The translations under genes and the position numbers were made by a program. A stretch of 64,000 nucleotides of DNA, from assembly GCA_963774265.1 (NCBI GenBank), contig CAVZDU010000001.1:1216001-1280000 (forward strand), in the 5' to 3' direction. The notes under the pieces are model-generated. The model was not told the DNA's origin. It did no database searches and saw only the letters and a list, made by a program, of their open reading frames with translations. Below, in pieces: positions 36,876 to 45,980 of the stretch; positions within the stretch are counted from its first letter, which is position 1, and every line of letters starts with the position of its first letter. Source of the stretch: an uncultured Chloroflexia bacterium. Lineage in GTDB: Bacteria; Chloroflexota; Anaerolineae; CG2-30-64-16.

Positions 36876-38316
36876 GGTAGTGTATCCCGATCGGTTGAAA
36901 TTCGTCTGAGGGTGGAAACCTGGTAAGGTCAGGTTACAACACCAATACCACGCCAGGAGACCACCCCGATGCGCAGCGTACTCCCGGAATGCCGGCATGT
37001 CAACGGGCATGCTTTGATCGAAGGAGCCATTGCGGAGGCTCATCACCACCTGCTCAACCAAATCGGGCACGGGATCGGCGAGCGTTTGTACGCCGCGGCC
37101 GAATACGTCTTGGGCCGGGCGCCCTACGTGCGGCGGGGCCACGTGGCCAACAGTCTGGAACAGACCCGTGCGTGCCCCAAGTGCCACACCGTGCAGAGCC
37201 AGCGGTTCAGTCGCAACGGCAGCCGGCCGCGCCATTTGCTGACCCGCTGGGGCGAAGTGCCGCTGCGCTGGCCCCGCTTCGTCTGTGAGTGCGGCGGCAG
37301 CATCACCCTCGATCTGGATGATTGGCTGGCGCCCTACCAGCGCATTGGCAGCGATGTCGACGCTCAAATTCAACGCTGGGGCGCCCTGAGTATCAGCCTG
37401 CGCGAGATGCAGGGCGAACTGACGCATAGCTATATGGGCGTGTTGGGCCAACGCACCCTGCTCCAGCGCTTACACCAACTCCAGCAGCTCACCCCGGGCG
37501 CCGATGAGCGGCCCACGCCGCCGATCGTGCAGTTCGACGCCATCTGGTTCACGCAACTGTGTGCGACCGGGCAGTGGCGCACCGACCGTAAGGGTCGCAA
37601 GCGCGCCGTCAAGGGCCGCCGGAAGCGCTGCCTCCTGATTGCGTTAGGCGTCTGGCCGGAAACCGGCCGCCAGGAGATCCTGGCCTGGCGGCTGGCCGAC
37701 AGCGAAGATGCCGAAAGCTGGCTCGCCTTTCTCAGTGAACTGGAAGCCCAAGGCTTGCGCGGCGAACTGGGCCTGGAATTGATCATTCATGATGGCGGCA
37801 GTGGTCTATGCGCCGCACTCACCACCATCCACTTTGACGCCATCGAGCAACGCTGCCTCTTCCATAAGCTCCGCAACATCTGGCAAGCCATTCGCATCGC
37901 CGACGATTTGCCCGCAGCTGAACGGCGCCGCCAGCGCCGGGCGATCTACCGCGATTTCGTCGCCATCTTTCAGGCCAAACAGCGTGCCACCGTCTTGCGC
38001 CGCGCCCTCAAGGTGCTGCAGAAATATCGCAACACCCAACCCGATGCTGTGGCCACGCTCCGGCGCAACTTCCGCGCCACCGTGGCTTACTTCCTCCTGC
38101 AAGAACGCCATCCCACCTGGCGCCGCAGCTTTCTCCGCACAACCAGCCGGCTCGAACGCTTCAATCGCTGCCTGCGCCGCCGCATTCGGAGCGCCAACGC
38201 CTACCATTCCGATGCTGGCGTCTTGGCCATGATCGCACAGGAGGTGGATCGCAAGTTCATCCTACCTGCCATGCGCAAGTTCAACACACACTTCCAACCG
38301 AAAGCGATACACTAAC
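36876..38316 (+). mobile_element. IS256-family insertion sequence, 1441 bp, with 9-bp target duplication
   Basis: IRL GGTAGTGTATCCCGATCGGTTGAAA vs IRR reverse complement GTTAGTGTATCGCTTTCGGTTGGAA (20/25 match); AAGAAGTTC duplicated at 36867-36875 and 38317-38325. Confidence 0.9.
36969..38315 (+). CDS. Mutator/IS256-type DDE transposase
   Basis: 'FDAIW', 'LIALGV...GRQEIL', 'SE..ESW..FL..L..QGL', 'IIHDG', 'QRCLFHKLRN', 'RTTS.LERFN...RRR'. Confidence 0.9.
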   Translation: MRSVLPECRHVNGHALIEGAIAEAHHHLLNQIGHGIGERLYAAAEYVLGRAPYVRRGHVANSLEQTRACPKCHTVQSQRFSRNGSRPRHLLTRWGEVPLRWPRFVCECGGSITLDLDDWLAPYQRIGSDVDAQIQRWGALSISLREMQGELTHSYMGVLGQRTLLQRLHQLQQLTPGADERPTPPIVQFDAIWFTQLCATGQWRTDRKGRKRAVKGRRKRCLLIALGVWPETGRQEILAWRLADSEDAESWLAFLSELEAQGLRGELGLELIIHDGGSGLCAALTTIHFDAIEQRCLFHKLRNIWQAIRIADDLPAAERRRQRRAIYRDFVAIFQAKQRATVLRRALKVLQKYRNTQPDAVATLRRNFRATVAYFLLQERHPTWRRSFLRTTSRLERFNRCLRRRIRSANAYHSDAGVLAMIAQEVDRKFILPAMRKFNTHFQPKAIH

Positions 38317-38347
38317 AAGAAGTTCACGAGGAAGTGCCGGCATCACT

Positions 38348-40433
38348 TCACTTTTGTCTCAACAGGCGCGCGGAGTTGCCCAGGATGCCCAGATCCGGGA
38401 TTGATTGCGCCGCGGCGGCGAGTATTGGTGGGAGGATGCCGAACGCGGCAAGCGACACCCCGACGATGTTGTAGATCGTCGTGAACGCCAGATTCAGCTT
38501 CACGACCCTCATGGTGCGCCGGGCGATACGGAAGAGCTCGGGCACCAGCCGCCAGTCCTCGCGCATCAACGAGACATGGGCTGCTTCCACCGCCACGGCA
38601 GAGCCAGCCACGGCCATCGCGACGCCGACGTCGGCCTGCGCCAGCGCGGGTGCATCGTTCACCCCGTCGCCGATCATCACTACCTTGTTGCCCTGTGCCT
38701 GGTACTCGGACACGATGCGGATCTTGTCCTCAGGCAGGAGATTGGCGCGGTGGTCGATGCCCAGTTGCTCTGCCAGCGCCCTAGCGGTTTGTTCGTTGTC
38801 GCCGGTCAATAACTCGATGCGTTTGATCCCCATCTCTCTCAGCGCAGCCAATGCCTCGGGGACCTCGCTACGCAACGTGTCTGACGCTGCCAATACCCCG
38901 GCCGGCTGGCCGTCGATGGAGACATACAATGTGGTGGCGCCATTGTGGTTCAGGCTGGGCCAGCCCGTGTCTCCGACAAATGTCCGGTTGCCCACCACGA
39001 CGCGGCGGCCGTCGATGGTCGCTCGCACGCCCTGGCCTGGCAGCGACTCGAAATCGGTTGGCTCTGCCAGCGCCAGGCCGTGGCGCGCGGCCGCCACGCG
39101 CACTGCCTGCGCGAGCGGATGTTCCGAGTAACGCTCGGCCGAGGCGGCGTAGCGCAGCAGACAGTCACGGTCGCATACACCATCAACCTGTGCGATTTCT
39201 GCAATGCGCGGCTGGCCGAGGGTCAGGGTGCCCGTCTTGTCGATGAGTAATACGTCGGCCTTTGCCAGAATCTCAATATACTGTCCCCCCTTGATCAGGA
39301 GGCCGCGGCGCGCCGCTGCGCCGATGGATGCGAGCATTGCGATGGGGGTGGCCAGGGCAAAAGAGCACGAGCAGGCGACGACGAGCACGGCCGCGGTGGC
39401 CAGTGGGTTGCGGCTGGCGATGAAGGTCAGCGCGGCGATGAAGGCCACGATCGGCAAGTAAACGCCGGAGAAGCGATCGGCCAGGGTCTGCACCCGGCCG
39501 CGGTCGCGCTTCGGCCTCCTCGACCAGCCGCACGACCTTGCCAAACGTGGCTTCGCGCCCCACACGGGTCGCGCGAATCCGCAGGTGGCCGAGCTGCGCG
39601 ATGGTCGCGGCGTAGACCGTGCTGCCGGGGCCCGCGTCCACCGGCATGGACTCGCCCGTGATGGCGGCCTGGTTGATCGTCGCGTGGCCATCCAGCACCT
39701 CACCATCCACCGGGATCTGTTCACCGGGCCGAACGATGACGATCTCACCGGGTTGCACCTGACCGGCCGGGATCTCCAACTCAGCCCCATCGCGCACGAC
39801 GCGCGCGATGGCCGGCGCCAGGGCAGCCAGATCCTTGACTGCGCGGCGCGCTCGCTCGGTGGTGAACCGCTCCACGAAGTCACCGACGTGCATGAGAAAG
39901 ACGACGACCAGTGCGGTGGCCCATTGGCCGACGATGAGCGCCGCGATGACGCCCAGGGTCATCAAGTGGTGAGCGACGATCTGGCGGCGCAGGGTGGCGC
40001 GCCAGACGTTGCGGAAAACGGTGAATCCGGCTATGAGGACCAGCGCGACGCCGATGGGGAGGGGCACACGCTCGGTGAGCCGATCGAACAGACCCAGCCA
40101 CTCGCCTGCGACGATGACGAACAGGACGAAGCCCACGACCGCGGCCAGGATCACGCCTATGCGGCGGACAAAGCCGCGCTCGGCCGCATAGGGCGCGGCT
40201 GCGATCGTATCTGCGTTCTCCGGCACGGTGTAGCCAGCCCGGGCAACGGCCGCGCGAATCGCGACGAGGGTCACCTGGCTCGGGTCAAGTTGGACGGTCG
40301 CCCGTTCCGAGGCCAGATAGACCTCGACCGTCTGTACGCCGGGCAAGCCCGCGATGGCATGCCGCACGTGCTGCGTGCATTCTGCGCAGTCCATTCCGCT
40401 GACGGGGATGTCGATGGTTTTCAGTTCAGCCAT
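38348..40433 (-). CDS. Heavy-metal P1B-type ATPase with N-terminal HMA domain and CSC transmembrane motif (frameshift near 39510)
   Basis: GMDCAEC, TGES, 'ACSCSFALATP', DKTGTLT, SEHPLA, TGDN, GDGVNDAP. Confidence 0.92.
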
Positions 40434-40483
40434 GGGGGGATTATAGCACGACTTTATAAACAAATCATTTTTCAAAGTAAAAG

Positions 40484-40512
40484 AAACGGGCGCCCTGGAA
40501 GAGCGCCCGTTT
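40484..40512 (-). terminator. Probable rho-independent terminator after the cytochrome gene
   Basis: aaacgggcgc..gcgcccgttt stem followed by a T-rich run on the minus strand. Confidence 0.6.
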
Positions 40513-40521
40513 GCCGTGCGG

Positions 40522-40549
40522 GTAGGGGCGACCGGCCGGTCGCCCCTAC
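40522..40549. repeat. GTAG-type REP-like palindrome
   Basis: gtaggggcgaccggccggtcgcccctac; near-identical copy at 47967-47994. Confidence 0.8.
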
Positions 40550-40559
40550 GGTGGTGTCG

Positions 40560-42864
40560 TTACTTCTTGACTTCGGGGCGAACCAGGCCGGTCATGTCGA
40601 CCTTGATGCCACCCTTGCCCAGATCTTCCAGCGAGTCGTAGAGGATCTGGCCGGCGTACTTCGGGTTGTGCGCGAAGAGGCCCGGATCCTTCTGGACGTA
40701 CTGGTAGTTGTACGCGGCCTTGCAGCAGGCGCGGCGTCCACTCGGTGTAGCGCTTGTCGCTCGCGTCGTCCTTCCTTGCCGTTGCCATTGGCATCAGCGA
40801 AGAAGTACGGATTGGCGCCCGGGTCGTAGGCGATGGGCGTCTTGGCGACGTCCTTGGCGTAGTCCTGGATCGCTGCGTAGAGCTTCTCTTCCAGCGCCGC
40901 GATCTCGGCCGCGATCGCCTTCCTTCACGTCCTTGTCACCGTCGATATCGTCCTTGGAGTCATGCGGATGTCCTGCGGGCGTCTTGACGCCGGCATGGCA
41001 GGTGACGCACTTGTCGAGGTCCAGACCCAGCTCGTGCGTGTTGTGGCAGCCGGTGCAGGTGTCGAAGCCCGGCACGTGCGCGTTGCGGCCCGACGTACTC
41101 CTTGCCGGCGTACTGGTACGCAACCTGCGCATCATTGCCGAACAGCGAGGCGCCCGCAGCGAAGTAGTGCACGTTCGCGAAGCGTGAGCTTCGTCTCGGG
41201 CACCTTGTCGTCCTCGTCCTTGCCGATCCGGGCGTTCATCGCTGGCCGTAGACTGGCGGCCCTGGTGGCATTCCAGACACAGGTTGGCTGCCACCGGCTT
41301 GCAGGTTGCCCTTGTCATCCTTCTCGGTGCTGAAGGTGACGCTCTTGCCGCTGGGGAACGGCACGCTGGTGACCGGGTAGCACGGTGAACTTGGTCAGGT
41401 CGTCGTGGCAGGTGGTGCAGGCGAAGCCGTTGGCAGGCTCGGCTTCGACGACGCCGGTCGTCACGACCGAGCCATGCCGGTCACAGCCACCGTGCCGCCG
41501 TTCTCGAGGAACTGCGGCAGGCCGTCGGCCGAATGGCACTTGGCGCAGCCGGCCGGCACCACGCCCTCCGCATCCCAATCGCGGAACGCCATCGGCGGTG
41601 CCGTCGAAGTGGCCGACGTCGTTGCGGACGGCCTTCGCGATGTCGACCGGCTTGGCCAGCTTGGTGTTCAGGTCCGCGATCGAGTCGTGCTGGAGCTGGA
41701 TGACGTACTTCGCGTTGTGCGCGAACTTGCCCGGATCCTTGGTCGCGACCTGGTAGTTGTAGGCGGCCTTCAGCAGGCGCGGGGTCCAGGTGCTGTAGGC
41801 ACTTCTCGCCCGTCATCGACCTTGCCGTTGCCGTTCTTGTCCGCGAAGAAGTACGGGTAGGCGGCTGGGTCGTAGACGATGTCGGCCTTGGCGACTTCCT
41901 TGGCATACGCCTTGATGGCGGCCAGCAGCTTCTCCTGCAGGCCCGCCATCTCCGCCTCGATGCCTTCCTTCGCATCGCCGTCGCCGTCGTAGTCCACCAG
42001 CGAGCCGTTCATGCGGATCTTGGCGAGATCCTCGACCGTCTTGACGCCCGTCATGGCAGGTGGCGCATGCTTCGACGTTCGAGTTCGAGCGTGTGCGGGT
42101 TGTGGCAGCCGTTGCAGGTGTCGTACGGCGCCGGATGCTGGAACTTGCCGTCGTAGCGACTGGCCGTCGTACTCGTAGCCGCCCTTGACCAGGGTGCCGT
42201 ACTGCGTGGCCGCGGCCGCGAAGTAGTGGACGTTGCGGAAGCCGAAGGTCGTGGTGACGGTCTTGCCGGTCGCGTCCGTTGTCACGAGCGGCTTGACGAC
42301 GGTGTCTTCAGTCCGCTGTCGGTGAGCTTGAAGGTGTCGGTGATCTGTTTGTCCACGCTGAGCTTGGACTCGCGGCCCTGGTGGCATTCCATACAGCGGG
42401 ATTCGTCGCCCAGGTTCGTGAGCTCGACGCCCGACGGGAAGATGACGCTGGTCTTGTCGATGGTGACCGGTGTTGTGGCAGGCGACGCAGTCGATCACGG
42501 TGTTGACCGCTGCAGGCTTGTCAACCTTGCCGGCCGCGCTGCCGTCGGCGCCCAGGAAGTCCTGGTAGCCGCCGGAGCTGTGGCACTTGGCGCAGGTCGC
42601 GGGGACTGCCTGCGGATCGGTCTCATCCCAATGGCGGAACGCCATCGCCTTCGCGTCGGCGTGGGGTGAAGCCTGCCAGTCCTTCAAGGCTGGAACGACC
42701 GGGTTGGCGGTGTCTACCACCACCTCGGCTTTCGGCGCCGGGGTAGCGGTCGCCGTTTGGACAGATGGCGCTGCCCCCTGTTCTGCGTACGCGACGACGA
42801 AAAGCACGCCGACGAGCAACGCGACAACGGCCAGGGCAACGGCCAGTTTGGCCCAGTGCTTCAT
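40560..42864 (-). CDS. Exported decaheme cytochrome c built from two tandem 5-heme modules (many frameshifts)
   Basis: N-terminal hydrophobic signal; CAKCH, CVACH, CMECH, CNGCH, CATCH, then CAKCH, CTTCH, CLECH, CTGCH, CVTCH; repeated 'NVHYFAA', 'PYFFAD.NGNG' and 'AYNYQ..KDPG.FAHN.KY' blocks. Confidence 0.8.
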
Positions 42865-43310
42865 GGTTCCTCCTTAGAGTGAAGCATACACTACATACAC
42901 TAAATCGATACGAGATTGTGCGGTCTGCATACGGTGTTGGTGTCTCTGGTTGGGGTCACCTCCTGGCTAATGACGGGTGCATCCAGTCGCCGCGGAGCCC
43001 CGGGACAGAGGCTGTCTCATGAGATCGGCTACCTTGGGTTGCACCTGGCAATGGACCGCTCGGCTGGCGGCAGCCCCCAATCACGCGGCCATGGGACATC
43101 GGCCTAAGAATGGGGTGCGACACATGCTACACTATGTCCTCGCGTTACACAAACTGACGCAAGTGCCAAAAGGCACGTGTCAAGGGGCATATGAGGAAAA
43201 TCATTCCGAACCCAGCCGATGAGGCGTAGAATTGGGAGTATCTCGCGGCTGCGCAGGGTCCTGTGACCGGTGCGGCCGTTTTTCTCATAGACGGACGCTT
43301 CAGGAGCAGC

Positions 43311-45443
43311 ATGGGCACTGCACTCGGCATTGATACCGGCGGCACATACACCGACGCCGTTTTTGTGACCTATCCCGAAGGTCGTGTGATCGCGGGCGCC
43401 AAGGCGCTGACGACGCGACATGACCTTTCATTGGGCATCGACGCTGCAATCCGCGCCGTCTTTGACGCTGCCGGTGCTGAGGGCATGAAGATCGCACCAC
43501 AGGATATCACCCTGGTGTCGTTATCGACAACCCTGGCGACAAACACTCTGGCGGAAGGGCAGCGGGGCCGCGTTTGTCTGTTGTTGATCGGCTATGACAT
43601 CGAGCTGATGCGCGAGTACGGCTTCGAACGGGAGCTGGCCACCGACGACGTCGTGTACCTGGCGGGTGGACACGATGGGCTGGGCGACGAGGTTGCACCC
43701 CTGGACGAGGCGGCCGCGCGTGAGGCTATCCTTGCCCGCAAAGATCGCGTCGAGGCCTTCGCCGTCTCCGGGTATTTCAGCGTTCGCAATCCGGCGCATG
43801 AATTGCGCGTCAGCGGGCTTGTTGAGGAATTGGCCGGGACGCCGGTCACATGCGGGCATGAATTGACCAGCCAACTCAACGCGGTGCGCCGCGCGACCAC
43901 CGTGTCGCTCAACGCGCATCTCATCGCGCCGCTGCGAGAGCTGCTGGCGGCCGTGAAGGCCACCCTGGCGCAGCAGGAGATCAACGCGCCGTTGATGGTG
44001 GTCAAGGGCGACGGGTCACTGGTGCGCGCTGACTTCGCGGTGCGGCGGCCGATCGAGACGGTGCTTTCAGGCCCGGCGGCCAGTGTTGTGGGCGCGTGGC
44101 ACCTGGCCGGCCGCCGCGATGTGTGGACGGTCGATGTCGGCGGGACGACCACGGATATTGCCGCGCTCAGGGGTGGCTTGCCGGTGCTCAACGTGAACGG
44201 TGCGCGCGTCGGGGGTTGGCGCACGATGATTCAGGCGGTGGATGTCCACACCACGGGCCTGGGCGGCGACAGCCATGTGCGCATCAGCTCCGAAGGGGCA
44301 TTGTTGATCGGCCCGCAGCGCGCGATCCCGTTGTGTCTGCTGGCAAGCGAACACCCGCAGATCTTGCCTGTCCTGCGGGCGTCGGTTTCGGCGAGCGGAG
44401 CGCGCTGGGATGATGACCTGGTGGAATTTCTGGCTCCAGGCCGTTCCGCCAAGGGGCTGCTCGATGCGTCGGAGCAGGAAATCCTGGAACGCGTCGGTGG
44501 CGGGCCGGTACAGGCGGCCGCACTCATCGAGCGCACGCGAATCGGCGCACTGGCGCGACGCCGGGCTGCGAGCCTTGAGGAGCGGGGGCTCGTGCGCCAC
44601 GCCGCATTCACGGCGACAGATGCACTTCATGTGCTGGGCGACTTTGTGCGGTGGGACGCGGAGGCGTCACGGCTGGCAGCCGCGATGCTGGCGAGGCGCT
44701 TGGGCGTCGGCATCACCGTCTTCTGCGAGGCGGTGGTCCGGCAGTTCTCGCAGCAGGTGGCGACCGAGGTGGTCAACAAGGTCTTGGAGGATGAGATCGG
44801 CCGCCCAGACTGGGAGCGCGAGCCGACTGGTCGGGCGCTCTTGGGGCGAGCCTTGAATGAGCATCCTGAGCGGGGCCGCGCAGCGGCGCAGTCGAAGGAT
44901 GCGGCTGGGCCGGATGTCCGCTCCGCACCCTTCGACTCCGGGCTGCGGCCCTCCGCTCAGGGTGCTCCGCTCAGTGACCTGGGCTGCACGCTGACGCTGC
45001 GCCGGCCCCTGGTGGCGATCGGTGCACCGGTGGCGGCGTATCTGCCACAGGCGGCCGCCAGCCTGCACACGGAGCTCGTGATTCCGCCCCATTCGGATGT
45101 CGCCAATGCAGTCGGCGCGGTCTCGGGCAGCATTATCCAGCGCGCCCAGGTTGTCATTAACCCGTTAGGCGGTGATGGGGTGGTGCGGGTGCATGGCCTG
45201 CCCGGCGGCCTGGCCGATTTACGCGGGTTGGAAGCGGCGGTGCGCCATGCCGAGCAGGTGATGCAGGGACACTTGCGCGGCCTGGCGCTGGAGGCGGGCG
45301 CGGAGCACGTGGAACTGAGCGAGGCGCGCGAAGACCTGTGGGCGCCAGTGAGGGGCGCGATTGGCCAGGATGTCTTCCTGGAGAGCACGTTGATCTTTAC
45401 GGCCGCAGGCCGGCCCAGCCCGGCCCGACCGGCCCGGAGTTGA
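43311..45443 (+). CDS. Hydantoinase/oxoprolinase family protein
   Basis: 'GIDTGGTYTDAV', 'STTLATN', 'PIETVLSGPAAS', 'DVGGTTTDI', 'GLGGDS', 'VANAVGA'; AGGAG RBS. Confidence 0.88.
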   Translation: MGTALGIDTGGTYTDAVFVTYPEGRVIAGAKALTTRHDLSLGIDAAIRAVFDAAGAEGMKIAPQDITLVSLSTTLATNTLAEGQRGRVCLLLIGYDIELMREYGFERELATDDVVYLAGGHDGLGDEVAPLDEAAAREAILARKDRVEAFAVSGYFSVRNPAHELRVSGLVEELAGTPVTCGHELTSQLNAVRRATTVSLNAHLIAPLRELLAAVKATLAQQEINAPLMVVKGDGSLVRADFAVRRPIETVLSGPAASVVGAWHLAGRRDVWTVDVGGTTTDIAALRGGLPVLNVNGARVGGWRTMIQAVDVHTTGLGGDSHVRISSEGALLIGPQRAIPLCLLASEHPQILPVLRASVSASGARWDDDLVEFLAPGRSAKGLLDASEQEILERVGGGPVQAAALIERTRIGALARRRAASLEERGLVRHAAFTATDALHVLGDFVRWDAEASRLAAAMLARRLGVGITVFCEAVVRQFSQQVATEVVNKVLEDEIGRPDWEREPTGRALLGRALNEHPERGRAAAQSKDAAGPDVRSAPFDSGLRPSAQGAPLSDLGCTLTLRRPLVAIGAPVAAYLPQAAASLHTELVIPPHSDVANAVGAVSGSIIQRAQVVINPLGGDGVVRVHGLPGGLADLRGLEAAVRHAEQVMQGHLRGLALEAGAEHVELSEAREDLWAPVRGAIGQDVFLESTLIFTAAGRPSPARPARS

Positions 45444-45449
45444 GGAAGC

Positions 45450-45740
45450 ATGCGAATTCGAGTTTATGCCTCGCTGCGTGAGCTGATGTGCGGTGCGGTC
45501 CACGATACGCCGGTGTCCGGCACGCCGGTGTCCGGCGCGGCGACGGTAGGTGGCGTCCTGGAAAAGTTGGTTGAGAACCACCCCGCGTTGGGAGACAAAC
45601 TGTGGGACGCGAATCGCCGGCTGACCGGGTACGTCACGGTCTTGTTAAATGGTAGATCGATCGCGTACCTGCAAGGTCTTGACTCACCCGTGACTGATGC
45701 CGATACACTGGCTCTCTTCCCCCCGGTTGGCGGCGGATAG
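45450..45740 (+). CDS. MoaD/ThiS-family ubiquitin-like protein
   Basis: 'VRVYASLRE'-type start, 'VLLNGR', C-terminal FPPVGGG; GAGG RBS. Confidence 0.88.
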   Translation: MRIRVYASLRELMCGAVHDTPVSGTPVSGAATVGGVLEKLVENHPALGDKLWDANRRLTGYVTVLLNGRSIAYLQGLDSPVTDADTLALFPPVGGG

Positions 45741-45783
45741 GCGGGATTTTTGTAAGATTTGAGAGCCATTGACGAGTTCTGAC

Positions 45784-45812
45784 TTGACATTCGCTTTTCT
45801 CCATGCTATGGT
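45784..45812 (+). promoter_or_regulatory. Sigma70-type promoter of opp operon 1
   Basis: TTGACA-17 bp-TATGGT with TG extension. Confidence 0.65.
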
Positions 45813-45980
45813 TACTTACCTTTGCAGGGAGGAACGAGTCTCTGCTATCCCACGACTGGGAGCATCTCGCGTATACGGTTCCTTAGTTGAATTGCCCATG
45901 GTCTGCTGTTCTGTCCAGGCGCGCCTGGTCGTACGCGAATCTCCTGAGTCCACGTTCACTCACCCCGGGGAGGAGAAAAG

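Noticed and set aside
42880-43260. Riboswitch or sigma54 promoter in the long intergenic region
   Set aside because: No match I can support to c-di-GMP, cobalamin or Moco aptamers; TGGCAC lacks a correctly spaced TTGC. An Rfam cmscan would settle it
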